From NCBI GenBank assembly GCA_964106645.2, contig OZ067044.1: 64,000 bases of DNA; one strand, 5' to 3'. How positions within the stretch are numbered: position 1 is the stretch's first letter; every line of letters starts with the position of its first letter. This DNA comes from Podarcis pityusensis. Taxonomy: Eukaryota. Below, one piece after another: positions 1 through 13,369 of the stretch. The notes beneath the pieces are model-generated. The model was not told the origin of the DNA and searched no databases. It saw nothing but the letters and a program-made list of their open reading frames with translations. The position numbers and the translations under genes were made by a program.

Positions 1-659
1 AAGAGCAGAGAAGGCTGTGGTTGCAGTAGGAGTTTTGAGGTGGAGTTCTCAAGGGACATGATGTCCTTGGCCAGATTGATGCTGGCACCAAGGATTCTTT
101 CTGCAGAAGCACTTCCAGTTGGTTAGGTGCTTCTGAATCCACAAGCTCATCCTCTGAAAAAGGCTCAGGTCATGACAGTTACCACTATCTCCTGTTGAGT
201 GTTGTTGCATGGAGGAGGGGACCAGCATTCTTAACTGGAGGGGCTTATAACTCAGTCCTGTGTAGGTGTGTGGCTACTGAGTGTCGAGTTGCATCCACTA
301 TTGGTCTCCACATTACCTCAGGGCCTTAGGGTCTGACTCCCTCATGCAGTGGATCTCAGCAATGGATACCAGCAACCTCCAGCAAATTGTCTTTGTTCAT
401 CTGTAAAATAGAAAAAGCAATGATCTTTGTCAAAAAGGTAATTGCTTCTGTTTGTTTCTTTTCTCTTTCTTTCATTATGAACAAGATAAAGAAATGTTAG
501 TAGAGGCCCCAGGCTTAGGAATACATCAAGATAAAATAAATGCTATGTCCATCCTTGCCTTTGGGATTGTCAAATCTTTATTTTATCAGTTGTGTCTTTT
601 AATAATCATATTTAAAATGTAAATTTTAATAATGTTTTTGTTCTTTTTTACTGTTTCAG

Positions 660-1923
660 GGAACAGAATGTTTGTGGAATGAACCAGGATTTAACTGGAC
701 AAGCAATGGGAAAGCCATTGAACCCAATTAGCTCCAGCAGTCCTGCCCATCAGGCCATGTGCAGTGGGAATCCAGGTCAGGATATGACCATCAGTAGCAA
801 TATGAATTTTGCCATAAATGGCCCGAAGGAACAAATGGGCATGCCAGCAAGCAGGTTTGGTGGTTCAGGCGGGATGAACCATGTGTCAAGTATACAAGCA
901 TCCACTCCTCAGGGTAGTAACTATGCACTAAAAATGAATAGTCCCTCTCAAAACAGCCCTGGCATGACACCAGGTCAGCCAAACTCTATGCTATCCCCAC
1001 GGCACCGTATGAGTCCGGGAGTGGCAGGCAGTCCTCGGATCCCACCCAGTCAGTTTTCCCCTGCAGGAAGCTTGCATTCACCTGTTGGGGTTTGCAGCAG
1101 CACAGGAAATAGCCATAGTTATACCAACAGTTCCCTCAATGCACTTCAGGCTCTCAGCGAGGGGCATGGAGTCTCTCTGGGGTCATCCTTGGCTTCACCT
1201 GACGTAAAAATGGGTAATTTGCAAAATTCCCCTGTAAGTATGAATCCTCCTCAGCTAAGCAAAATGGGAAGCCTGGACTCTAAAGATGGCTTTGGACTTC
1301 ATGGGGAGCAATCGGAAGGTACAGCTGGACAAGCCGAGAGTGTCTGCCATTCAGGAGAACTGAAAGAAAGTAATGATGGCATGCCCCAGGTTGTTGGTGA
1401 GAGGCCTGATGGACAGAACAGACTTCACGATGGCAAAAGCCAGACAAAGCTCTTACAGCTGCTGACCACCAAATCTGATCAGATGGAGCCTTCACCTTTG
1501 TCTAACGCTATGGGAGATGCTAACAAGGACTCCGCGGGAGGTTTATCTGGTTCTGGTTCAACGCATGGAACCTCACTCAAGGAGAAGCATAAAATTTTGC
1601 ACAGGCTCTTGCAGGACAGCAGTTCTCCTGTAGACTTAGCCAAGCTCACAGCAGAGGCCACAGGGAAAGAACCGAGCCAGGAGACCAGTAGCACAGCTCC
1701 TGGTTCAGAGGTGACTACAAAACAGGAACCGGTGAGTCCCAAGAAGAAAGAAAATGCACTACTTCGCTACTTGCTAGATAAAGATGATACTAAAGATATT
1801 GGTTTACCGGACATTACCCCCAAGCTGGAACGGTCGGACAGTAAGACAGACCCTTCCAGTAGCACAAAGCCAGTAACTATAAAGACAGAAAAAGAAGAGA
1901 TGCGCTTTGAGCCGAATGAACAG
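660..1923 (+). CDS. NCOA2: NCOA2 large coding exon (1264 nt), nuclear-receptor interaction domain with three LxxLL NR boxes
   Basis: tttcAG acceptor at 658-659 and CAG|gtaaga donor. Translation [11 protein letters not shown]...EPNEQ matches recalled NCOA2. NR boxes LLQLL (1450-1464), LHRLL (1597-1611), LRYLL (1762-1776). The upstream bHLH-PAS exons lie outside the window. Confidence 0.97.
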
Positions 1924-4851
1924 GTAAGAGACTCTCTTTTTTTGTTGTTCATTCAGGAAATTTGTCGTGGAAATGATCCTTACTCATTTGCTTCAATGTC
2001 TTCCCTTTATACAGGGTTGTGGGTTGTTTTTTTGTTTTGTTTTGGCTAGGGTGGTTGATAATTATGTTTGTGACTGGAGGCAGTTGCCTTGCTTGTATTG
2101 CCAAGACCTGGCTGGCTGAAAGGTCCAATCTAGACCTTGCCAGTTAGTAGCAGTGTGGTTCTTGGTAGAACATCAACTGGGTGTTGGGGAGGAAATGTAG
2201 GCGTGAAGAAGCAACAATTTTTAGAGAAAGCCGGCAACATTCAGTGCCTGACATTGACTTTCTGTGAGGAGGGTGCCAAAAGGGAACTTCAGAGGTAGTG
2301 AGATGCAAATCTAGTACATTGAGCTGTTTGAAAAAAGCATCGCACAGAGGAAGGACGAAATGGTTCATTGTACAAACTGCACAAAAGTGTCCTAAAATGA
2401 CATAGATACTTCTGTGCAAAAAAAAAAAAAAAAACACACACAGCAAAAACTCACTCTAGAGTGAGAAAGTGAAAGAATCATAGCTGGTGCAGGATAAACT
2501 TACAGGAAGTATCATCTAAATATAGATCAAAGCTTAACCCATTTGTTGTAATGATAGAACAGAGAATATTATAAATTGTTGTGCTGTCCTCTTGAGTCTT
2601 CTTCTTATCCTTTTCTCCTTTCTAGAACAAAAGCGGTAATGTTTTTGCAATACCTACTGGATAGAATTGTTTATGTTTTACTTTTGAAGTGATATTTGTT
2701 TAAAATAATGTATGTATAGTTTTTATTGTAAATATGGCATGGTCATAGTAGAGTAAATATTTTATGAGGAGGAATTTGATGGAAAAAAGAATAACATTTT
2801 CCTTTCTAGTGTAACTTTTCCTGAACAGGAAATACCTTGAAGCATGTTATAACATCAAAAATAGCATTATTCCAGGTAGCTTATTTAAATAGTTATCTTC
2901 CTAGCATGCAGATTTGAGTATTTCAGAATTTTTTTTCTATCAAACTCATTTCTAAACAACTCCACTCCTTTTTATGTTTCTGAGTTTTATTACAGCTAGC
3001 TACTAGATTTTGGTCAAACATACATTCTAAAAGTACTTGTTTATTATATGTACACCATCAGTTTTGTATAGGAGGTAATAATGCTCATGTTATCTAAGCA
3101 TTTCTGGCCCCTGTAGCTCAGACCTGTTCTGGTGTCAAATTATAAATTTGTGTTGTGTTTACACAGCAGTCCTCTAACTTAGGTAAAAATTACTGTCCCC
3201 CAACTTTGTCAGTATGTGTCCCTTTTCTTCCAAAGTTATTAGCAGAGACTGTAGTAGATTTTCATGCTTAAATATCTTCTAAAAACAACAAAGCTTAAAT
3301 ACAAATGATAGTTCCAAAGAAATCATGAGAAAAACTTTTGGATAAACATGACTCTATAAATCGAGCTTTTTCCTCCTTCCCTCACCCAAGCTATGGAAGG
3401 ACAAAAGGCAGGTGGCAAGGATATTAGTTGGGGAATTCAATTTATGCTGCATGGAATAGGCAAAAGCCGCTGGAAGGAGCAGAAGGGTAGACCCAGTTTA
3501 CTGGTGCTGATGTCATTTCCCCCCTCAGTTTAAATATGGACGTTGAACCCTAACTCACATTCACCCTTGAAAAGCACAGAACACATGAAGTCCCTGCCAA
3601 ATTTGAACCACACATTCAACTATGTATAGGAATGGTCTTATATTGAAATGGTGGCTTTGGAAGCATTCACATTTTAGTTTGCTACATGGAAAGCTGCAGA
3701 GAAGCAGGTAGAGTGCTGGGGCAAATTTAAGTGTTGAATGCTTCTGGCATGTTTTATAGTTTAAATGTTTAATTTTTTTTATTAAATATGTCCCCCTACT
3801 TACAAGTCATGCGCCAGCAGATGTCTCTTAGAATGGTGACTACACTGTGCTGTCCCCCTAAATACAATTACAGAATAAAGAGGTAGAGGTGGTAGTCTAG
3901 ATGGTCTGTACTCATTGAAAGATCAGGCAGCTTCTCATTTATACGGGACAATTTTAGCCCAGGGTTCAGCTCTAAATCCTACCTTGAATGTCCTGGAGCT
4001 GATGCTCAAATTATGGGAGGAAAGATTAGGGGCCTTCGTGAAATCTAACAGCCCCAGACCTTAAATTGCCTAATTTTAGCCAAATCATGCCTCCCTCAGC
4101 CTTCAATAAAAAAGTAACTGGAATATGGGATCCCAAAGTAATGGGGCCTGAAAATGGCTGCCCTGGATCTAATCCTTCACATAACATTTAACCAGACTGT
4201 ATGTAGCATGTGGTTAATTGCCTTTGTTCCCCATCATTATCTGCTACTTGGAGTGGTGGTGGTGAAATGCAGAGAAACACATGAGTTTGCCCAAATATTG
4301 TAGAAGTGGTAGGGGACAACACAGGACTGCTGTATTTTGGTAGCAGTTCCAGACAGAGTGTTTCATCTAGTACTCCTCAATATTATTCAGGGTGGTAAAA
4401 TCCATAGCTGTCAGTGGGTTGTCTAGAATGAGCATGATTCATCTACCCAGTCTCATAAGGACAAGCCCTGCACATTTGGGAGAACCCTCCAGAACAGTGT
4501 GCGGGAGAAGAGAGGAGAGATTGTTCTGTCCGGCAAGCCGCAATGCTTGCGCTGATGGGACGGATGTTCACTATAGCATAATGTTGAATTTCACCCAGTC
4601 ATTCCAGAGTCTGAGTCACTAGGGCAAAGAATGGTAGGTGGGATTCAGTGCCTGCAAGTGCAAAGTGATGCACATTAGTTAGGAGAAATATGCTTATATT
4701 TACAGATAGACAGTTGTCCAAAATAGTTCAAGTTGCTTCTGTATATGCCTGTTGTATATTGAAATACTTATTTTTCAAGTAAATACTTGCACAAAACTTT
4801 TTAAAACATTGATACATCTTTTGTTAATTTTGTATAGTAACATATACATAA

Positions 4852-4990
4852 TTTATTTATTATTTATTAAATTTGTATACCGCCCTTCATCAGGGTCGTT
4901 CACAACATAAAATATACAAAATAAATGGTAAAAGTACAAATGATAAGGAACTGAACAAGAAAAGTTCATATAAAATACATAGTACTATCA
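4852..4990 (-). mobile_element. L2-type LINE 3' tail remnant
   Basis: (TTTA)n-AAATTTGTATACCGCCCTT, shared with the copy at 18620. Confidence 0.55.
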
Positions 4991-5013
4991 AAGTGAGCAC
5001 TCATTTAAATATA

Positions 5014-5268
5014 CCATATTTTTCGCTCTATAAGACGCACCAGACCACAAGACGCACTTAGTTTTTGGAGGAGGAAAACAAGGAAAAAAATATTCTGAAT
5101 CCCAGAAGCCAGAACAGCAAGAGGGATCGCTGCACAACGAAAGCAACGATCCCTCTTACTGTTCTGGCTTCTGGGATAGCTGCGCAGCCTGCATTCGCTC
5201 CATAAGAAGCACACACATTTCCCCCTTTTAGGAGGGAAAAAGTGAGTCTTACAGAGCAAAAAATACGG
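5014..5268. mobile_element. Non-autonomous Tc1/mariner-pogo-type MITE with internal hairpin
   Basis: About 27-bp imperfect TIRs (CCATATTTTTCGCTCTATAAGACGCAC / GTGAGTCTTACAGAGCAAAAAATACGG), TA on both flanks. Confidence 0.85.
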
Positions 5269-6547
5269 TAATTAATGGTGTAACAAATTCTGACCTCTGC
5301 AGTGTATAAGTATCTTGATTGAAAAAAGGAAATTTTAACAATCTTTAACACTTTGCTTTTCTTTGTCAGTCTGTTTAATTAAAAAATTAGCTTACAATTA
5401 ACTCAACACTTGGGCTTTAGCATTTTTTGTCTCACGTTCTATTATAGTAAATGAGTCTCAGTTACCAACAAAGTTAGGCATGGCATTCATTTTTGAATTT
5501 TGTGTCTGTGTTCTATAGTTGTCATGTTTCATAGAAAGATTTATCAGTGCTGCAAAGACTAAAATTGTATTTGTGGAGGGTGGGGATACACTCTTCATTT
5601 TGCAAGGCAGTGCTCCATGTACCATTTTAAGATAAATTCCCACAACTATCCAGAGGCAGTATGGAAGATTATAGAATAATCTGGAGTAGTTAACATGTTG
5701 CCAGTTTGTTGGATTGTTGCCTGTTCATTCTGTAGAGAGGATTTTATGGCTGTTCCATGTACAAAAATATTTGCATTCATTATAAGCTTTTTTGAGTTGT
5801 TCGTTAACCTGGTCAGCTTTAATTTTCTTAAGAATTTTTGAGTCAATTAAACTTTCCTCACCCCATAAGATTTTTTGCATCCTGCGGCATGTACGTTGGT
5901 AAATTTCCCTGATTCTCAAACCAGTAATTTCCTGTAAATTGGGAAATTTTACATTCCGTCAAACTAAGATTCCGGCTGTGTAGGCGATTTCTCACTACAT
6001 GGAGATAACCTGTGTATGTTTTTAAACTATGCTGTACTTTTCTGCCACCAATGAAAAGCCTATGCAAGATGTAAAGCATTTTTAGCCATGTGGAAGTAAC
6101 TGTTCTATAGAACGTTTTTTTAGCCCTGTCATAAACGAGCAGAATTACAATAGTGGCAGAATGCTGATTTTTGCTAAACAAAGATTCTTTGTTTCGTTCA
6201 TGGAAAGCTACAGCCCTTGGAGATATCTCTTTGCCAATTCATGGTTGGGCTCTGGGGAATGAATATTAGCAATTTGCTTTAAGGAGAGAACTTTAATTGG
6301 TCTGCTTTGTGCTAACAGAAAGCACAGTGGTGGGGAAGCTTGAGGCCTTTGGGTGCAGAAACACTGTCAGCCTTTTCTATATGTCAGCCCTAGACCACAC
6401 TAGACTTTGCTTTGTAGGAGTAAATATCAGACAACCCAACTGATAGAAGATACAAGCGCTCATATTCTTTATCTTGTACTTTCGACTGCCAGAGAGCTTG
6501 TCCAAACTATGAAAAATGAATGTTTTCTTGTTTCTGTTTCATCAAAG

Positions 6548-6758
6548 CCTGCCAGCGAGCTAGATAATTTGGAGGAGATTCTAGATGATCTGCAGAATAG
6601 CCAGTTGTCGCAGCTTTTCCCAGATACCCGGCCAGGTACTTCAGCAGGATCAGTTGACAAACAAGCCATCATCAATGACCTCATGCAGATCACAGGTGAA
6701 AACAGCCCCGGCACACCTGTTGGAGCCCAGAAACCCCAAATGCGGATCTCTCAAAGCA
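6548..6758 (+). CDS. NCOA2: NCOA2 coding exon ([15 protein letters not shown]...RISQS)
   Basis: aAG acceptor, A|gtgagt donor, phase 0 to 1, peptide continuous with flanking exons. Confidence 0.95.
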
Positions 6759-6872
6759 GTGAGTCTGAGTTGTTGCTGAAATCGTTGTGATAAGAAAAAT
6801 GTAGGCTTTGCAACAGTGCATCTGGGTCTTTCAGATTGTCTGCGCCTTTAAAAAACCCCTGCAGTAATCAAA

Positions 6873-6890
6873 CAGCACCACCTGCTGTTC
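6873..6890 (-). promoter_or_regulatory. Candidate intronic CTCF site
   Basis: Minus strand reads GAACAGCAGGTGGTGCTG. Confidence 0.45.
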
Positions 6891-7308
6891 TAATCCATAG
6901 GATCAACATTTTGAAATAGATGTAGCATCTCCTGAAACCATGATATTGCACTGCTTAGGAAGTCTAAGTCACTCTCGATTTAAAATATGTACTTCTTGCT
7001 GAGAATTTTTTTACTTTATTTCTATCATTAATGCATGAATTTCCACACATTATTGACATGAAATATTACACCGTGTAAAGGAGTTGATGTTTTACAGTAA
7101 AATAGACGTACTTCACAAAACCATGAGGTCACTAGGTAAGTGCACGCCTGTGATCATGGTTTTCACAGAGAGCACTTGATCGTGGAACGTAAAAGCTTTT
7201 CAGAGTCCTTCCTGTGAGCAATGTATGATGGGATGCATATAGGAGGTACTTCCCACCCCCAGACTTGAAATGAAGCCTCTCAAAATCTGTATGACTTATC
7301 ACCTAAGT

Positions 7309-7444
7309 CACGTGTGGGGAACCACTGGTCCTCCAGATGTTGCTGAACTACAGGTCCCATCAGCCCTACATGCATGGCTTATAGGCAGGGGTGATGGGAG
7401 CCATAGTTCAGCAATAACTAGAAGTCCGAAGGTCTCCCAAACCG
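7309..7444. mobile_element. hAT-type palindromic MITE
   Basis: Self-complementary arms ATGTTGCTGAACTAC..CCCATC / GATGGG..TAGTTCAGCAA; decayed 8-bp TSD ACCTAAGT/ACTTAAAT. Confidence 0.7.
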
Positions 7445-8399
7445 ACTTAAATGAATGAAAAAGTCAGCACCAGACAGTTTGGGCTTCTTCTTGCTTCACT
7501 TAACAGGCAAATGTTGCTGTGAGAACCTTTTCTCAGAAGTTTTTCATAGTGTGAGCTATTAGGACTTTTAACTGCCCACCCAGCTTTCCAAATCACTGAC
7601 TGTTCTCATGTTTCAACATAATGTGTGTGTGTTTTTCGGTTTCTGAACCACACAACCCCATCTGCATCTCCAGGTTTACTCACGGAGGATCCCCCCCCCC
7701 CAGTACACCTGCTACAACAGATCTGTGCATAGAAATCTACATCTGCCTGTAAATCACTGTTCCTAGTTGAATCCAAGCAAGTGAATGTGCTTTCAGCTAT
7801 ACAAAATAGGGAATGGGAGGACATGTGTTTCAAATGAATTTAATTGAATTACTTTTTTTAAAAAAAGCATTAGTTTTAAATGAAGTGAGTAAATTACAAG
7901 GTTAATATCCTGTTAGGCAAAGTTTTGTGCGTGAAAACCAATTTCTAAAAATAAGCAGGTCCCAAAAAGTTGCAGGGAAATCTTTCTTAAAATACTTTGT
8001 TTAAATATTTACCTTTCAGCTAGATGCCTCCAATATATAGGTGTTGATCTATTTCAGTAAAATAGTGTGTTAAGCAGAAGTATTTTTCATTTATTTTTTA
8101 AACTGAATATTGCCCTGTGTAAAAATATCCACATATGCAAAAAGAGTAATATATCTTTTGAAAGGGTGTGTGTGTGTGGAATATATATTTCTAACCATGA
8201 CATTCTTGTGTTAGTCTCTCAGAAATAAGACAAAATATTATGAGCCATTCATAAGCCATTCACTCTTCTACATTGGTGTGTGTTTCTGCAAGTTGCTTTT
8301 TGAAATATTGTATATACTGTTTCGAAACATCTCAATTTAAAATAAAATAAAATAAAATAAATTACACTTCCAGTCTTCAACTATTTTTCCTCTTTTTAG

Positions 8400-8606
8400 C
8401 TTTTACCAATGCAAGGCAAGCTCAGTTGGGAAGGATGTTACCAAACCAGAATTTACAACTTGACATCGCATTGCAAAACCCACCAGGTGCTGGAGCTTTC
8501 CCACCCATAAGAAACAACAGTCCATATTCAGTCATACCTCAGCCCGGAATGATGGGCAGTCAAGGAATGATGGGAAATCAAGGAAATCTTGGGAATAGTA
8601 GCCCAG
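8400..8606 (+). CDS. NCOA2: NCOA2 coding exon ([14 protein letters not shown]...GNSSP), 207 nt, symmetric phase 1-1
   Basis: ttttAG acceptor, G|gtaact donor, NCOA2-like peptide. Confidence 0.94.
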
Positions 8607-9681
8607 GTAACTTAAATACTCCCTTTTTGTGTGATGTTTCACATGGACTGGAATCTGCAGGAGTGACTAGTGGGGAGCAGCATTACTGGTCTCCCAGCAA
8701 TGGCATTATTGTCACTTACCAGAGAGGGGAGGCTGGAGTTATGTGACTGCACCACAGCAGGAGCACTGGATTGCCACAGGACTCACCTCCCCACCCCCTC
8801 TCCCTCCCAGTAAGCAGCAGCGATACTACTGCTGGGAGGCCAGAAGCTTGCCATGCCCCTTCTCACCAGTCCATCTTGAGAACTTTATTATTGGCTTGAT
8901 TATAGCAAACGGTTTCTACTTCTTGTGGGAAGCAAGATCATCCAAACGCATATAATCATTTGTTGGATGGATAGATCTCTACAGAAAAGAGCAGGAATAG
9001 TGATTGCACCTGGCTCTGATACCGGTCACCCCATCAGTAAATGAAATTTGGGACTGCTACAGTCATTGAGAGTTGGGGATTGAGAACCCAGTCCTGTGCA
9101 TATTTGTTTGGAAGAAAGTCCTACTGTGTTCAGAAGGATTTGTTCCATGTAAATTGTATATAGGATTGCTTTCTTAAAATGCAATCCTGTTTACTTGGAA
9201 ACAAGTTCCATTACCTTCTATGAGATTAAACCAGTATTTTTCTCCAAAAGATGTGAAAATTCTTTATGTCTCATAGATTTATTTTTATTATAGTGATCTC
9301 TGAAACATAATGTCTGCCATTAGACTTATGATGAAAGAACTATTGATTATTGGGAATAGTTTTGAAAGAGCATATTCTTTTGCCATCATAAACGGTTCAT
9401 GCAAATTACAGTTGTGTCAGTACAAGGACCTGTTACATGAAATCAGATAATGGGTGTGTCTACTCTTATCAGACTTAGCTCAGGCCAAAAATTTAACCTA
9501 CAGAGTTCCCATAATCAAAAGACTATGTTGGAGAGGAGGAGGTTTGGAGGAAGGCATTGCATTTGAAATGCTATCTGATTTAGTATGCTAATTTCTAAAA
9601 TAGTTTCCAAAGAACAATCAAAATTTAGTTTAGTACATCTCTCAATACTTGATTTAACCTTTTCTGTGTTTATTTTAGTAG

Positions 9682-9897
9682 GGATGATGGGTAGTAATGC
9701 TCCTCGGCCTACCATGCCATCAGGAGATTGGGGAACCCAAGGTGCTGCTGTGAGGGTGACCTGTGCTCCAACAACGAGTGCCATGAACAGGCCAATCCAA
9801 GGAGGCATGATACGTAACCCAACATCCAGCCTACCTATGAGACCTAATAGTCAACCTGGTCCAAGGCAGATGCTTCAGTCTCAAGTCATGAATATGG
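9682..9897 (+). CDS. NCOA2: NCOA2 coding exon ([11 protein letters not shown]...VMNM)
   Basis: Tandem TAGTAG acceptor (alternative start 9679), G|gtaagt donor. Confidence 0.93.
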
Positions 9898-10312
9898 GTA
9901 AGTTGGAATGTGGTCGTAGTCTGTTCCACTTTTAATAGGTTTTGCATGATGGCATCGTTAAGGACCACAGTAGCTAAGTGTAATTAGATGCTGTCTAGGA
10001 ATTGGGAACTTGAGAATACCTTGTGCTATGATTTTTTTTTTTATATACTTCTGTAAACACAGTGGAACAGATTTATATTTCCTTTAGGAGTTGTAGAGTT
10101 GTGCGTTATCTGAACTGCAATGTTGGGCTCCATCAAGTCCTGCCACGAGCACAGTGTCCACAGGCAAAAAGAGATCCCTTAAGGGTTTAAAGTGTAAATA
10201 GTGTTTTAAGAAAAAGATGGTATGCATGGTGAACTTTACAATGCTATTGTTCTTAAAAGAGTTATTACCAGTTCCAGTGAGATGTGATATATCATTGATT
10301 TCCTTTCTTCAG

Positions 10313-10442
10313 GGGCTTCTGAACTAGAGATGAATATGGGAGGACCCCAGTATACCCAGCAGCAGGCTCCTCCAAATCAGACTGCCCCATGGCCAGACAG
10401 TATCTTGCCCATAGATCAGACATCTTTTGGCAATCAGAACCG
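10313..10442 (+). CDS. NCOA2: NCOA2 coding exon ([14 protein letters not shown]...GNQNR)
   Basis: ttcttcAG acceptor, CG|gtaagt donor. Absent from the ORF track but reads in phase. Confidence 0.94.
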
Positions 10443-12466
10443 GTAAGTCTTTTATTTAATGGTTGTCTTTGGTACATCTTTCAATTTATATACTGTATCC
10501 AGGTGGAAAGTTTACAGTTTCACATTTGCAAGTGCATATTGAATACATTTGCCTATTGTGTCTTGGCCATCCTTGCCTAGCCTTACTTCACTGAATCAGA
10601 ATAGTGAAAGTGGATGGATGTAGGCACTGTCAGGTAGACATGTTTAGAGGAGGAAAGTGGTATACTGTACCCGACCTTGCTCCTTTTGGGAATAGCTGTA
10701 TGAATATTCCCCTTTCAGCTTAACTAGGAATTCCAGGTGGTGTTAAAAAGTTGAACTCTACCTGAAGCTGTAGTGGTGTTTTGTTTTGTTTTTAATTTAG
10801 CCAGTACCTGCACCCCCCCAAATGTTAAAAGTGTGGTACTTACTGTATGTAACAACTTCATGGTGAGTCCCGGCACCTTTTTCTCTAAAAAGAAAAGAGA
10901 GCAGTGTATTTATCTGTAGCAAACGTATAATAAACGTAAGCTTAATATATATTAATAACTGTTCAGAACTTCTAAAATTCTTATATTACCAGTTTAAAAG
11001 TAAAATGGAATTTTGATAATGAAATCAATATAAAATGGAACTTGAGTAAGGCAATATGTAACTAAAATTTTAATAGAGTAGAATAAGTAATGCGAGTCTG
11101 ATTAAGACATAAGATGTACCTTAAAATACCTTTTGTATAGCAAGAAAATAATACAAATAATCTGTAGTTTTGGTTGCAGTTGTGTGTATGCTCCCTAAAG
11201 AAGATTTTCTGAAGGGGACCATACAAGCTTCCTATCAAATTTAGTATCAAAACAATACCAAATTTTAATAATAAAATTCATCCATATAAACAACACAAAA
11301 ATAGCACCAGACTAATGAAAAAATTAAATGAAAGCCTTGGTGAACAGTGGACACTTAACTCGAGATTGAAAGTCAAAGACTCTGAGAACCCAAGTCCCTT
11401 CTGAATAGCTGCTGAGGGAGAGTGCAGTTTGCAACAGAAAAGTGGCAGGTGGGAGAAGGAATCTTCACTTTCCCTGTGCTTGCCACTTTTATCTTCCCTT
11501 CCTTCCTGCAGACCCGTTTGCTGCGTCATTGGAAGAAAAGCAGCTGAAGAGGGTTGCAAGGGAAAAACAGCAAGCAGGGGGAAATCTGTTTTTCTCTCTT
11601 GCCTTCCTTCTCTGCTCCAGATTGTGTTCTCATTCATATTGCTTTGTGGCTGCTTGGTCTGTTGCTGAATGTGTGATCCTGTTCCATAACATAAAAGGCC
11701 ACAACTGATACAGTTCTGCTTCGTGCCTTCATAAGTGAATGGAAAATAGGCATTTCACAATTACAGGGATACATTATACCAGTGAGCTTTATTGCTCCAT
11801 TTCATCATTATATAATACTAACTGAATTTTGCATCACATGTGTGATGCATTTAGTGCTGCTTGTTTCCTTTAATTTTGTTATTCTAATTAATTTTTTACA
11901 AAACCTAAATAATTATTCTGTTCATGGGATTACCGCATTGGCATTTATTATTTACCACTGTTTTCACACGGGTGGTTTGATTTCATCACCTTTGAGGACA
12001 AAGCATGTTAAATTTCACGATCTTTTGTGGGTATGTTATCGGGAACAAGCAGTGATCTGTATATGGTACAGAATAAGGAAAGAAACCATCAGCTTCTGTG
12101 TTGTCTGATTTAAATGATCTGATTAGGGTTATCATTAGTCATATAGCTTTTTACAAAATTAAGCTGTCAGAATAGAATAGATCGTCATGAATAAGAACAG
12201 AATGTATTGGTGTAAATCAGTATCGTGGCTTAGGCACTGCCGTTTCCCTGATTGATTGAGTTTGGCAAGTAGGCCAATCATGAGCTAAAGGCTGGAAAGG
12301 GGAAATGGCTTCTTCATCATATCTTTGGAATAAATCTGTAAAATCCTAGGTTTATGACTGAGGGAAACTTGGAAATACATGGTTTTGTTTTGTTCTTAAG
12401 GTTCTTAAGGTTGCTAAAAGTGATTACTACAGAAAATGGCATCCTGTTTCTAAGCAAGCTTTAGGA

Positions 12467-12600
12467 CAGGGGTAGGGACCCTGTGACCTGGCAGATGGCA
12501 TTAGATTCCTGCTCCCATTAGCCCTAGCCAACATGGTCAATTGCCCAGGATTATGGGACTTATAATGCAGCAACATTTGGGGATTCTTGGGTTCCCAAAA
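12467..12600. mobile_element. hAT-type palindromic MITE, decayed, same family as 7309
   Basis: CAGGGGTAGGGACC...CCAACATGGTCAA..GGATTATGGGA..CAACATTTGG..GTTCCC. Confidence 0.6.
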
Positions 12601-12767
12601 GATGCTTTCAAGCCTAAAATTTAGAAAGACTAAGTTGAGTCCAATTAGCATTGCAGAGCTGACACACATTAAAATGTGCGTATTAAATTCCCTAAATTAA
12701 TTTGGGCCTTCTGGGTGGTGAGAGTTCTTGCTTGAGTTGCTTTCAAGTTGCTTGTTTCTTTTTTCAG

Positions 12768-12933
12768 GCAACCATTTGGGAACTCTCCGGATGACTTGCT
12801 GTGTCAGCACCCCGCATCAGAGTCTCCAAATGATGAAGGGACCCTCCTTGACCAGCTTTACTTGGCACTAAGAAATTTTGACGGTCTGGAAGAAATTGAC
12901 AGAGCTCTTGGGATCCCAGAACTAGTCAGCCAG
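12768..12933 (+). CDS. NCOA2: NCOA2 coding exon, CBP/p300-interaction domain (AD1)
   Basis: [34 protein letters not shown] is the p160 AD1/CID signature; canonical splice sites. Confidence 0.96.
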
Positions 12934-13369
12934 GTATTGTGCTGCTGTTAAGCATTTCTCAAAATATATGTAGCTATGGTATTTCAGTAGTGAGATTTCT
13001 TTTTTCAAACTGACTTCAAATGCTGACCAGATGTAATAATTATAAATATCCCTCCACATATTAACATTATGGGAATTACAGTATTTCATTGATAATGCAA
13101 TGTTTCCCTTTAATTTGAGAAGCTTCTGCATGTAATCTCACTCCCACTCCCATCCCTAGGCAAACTGCCTCAGAGAGATAGAGGAGTTTGTTTAGGTCTT
13201 AATTGGCAGCTGGTCCTACCCTATATGTATGGGAACAGCATGCCTTTTGCTACACAGTGGAGGGAGCAGGAAGGAAGTTTGGACTCAAGAGCCTGCAAGC
13301 AAATACCACTTGAAGCAGTGGTAGAGTGTTAACTTGCGTCACTTACCTCCTGCTTTGTCAGGCTAAAGA

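Noticed and set aside
679-2049. 456-aa ORF as a stand-alone gene
   Set aside because: It is an internal NCOA2 exon (660-1923) plus read-through into the intron
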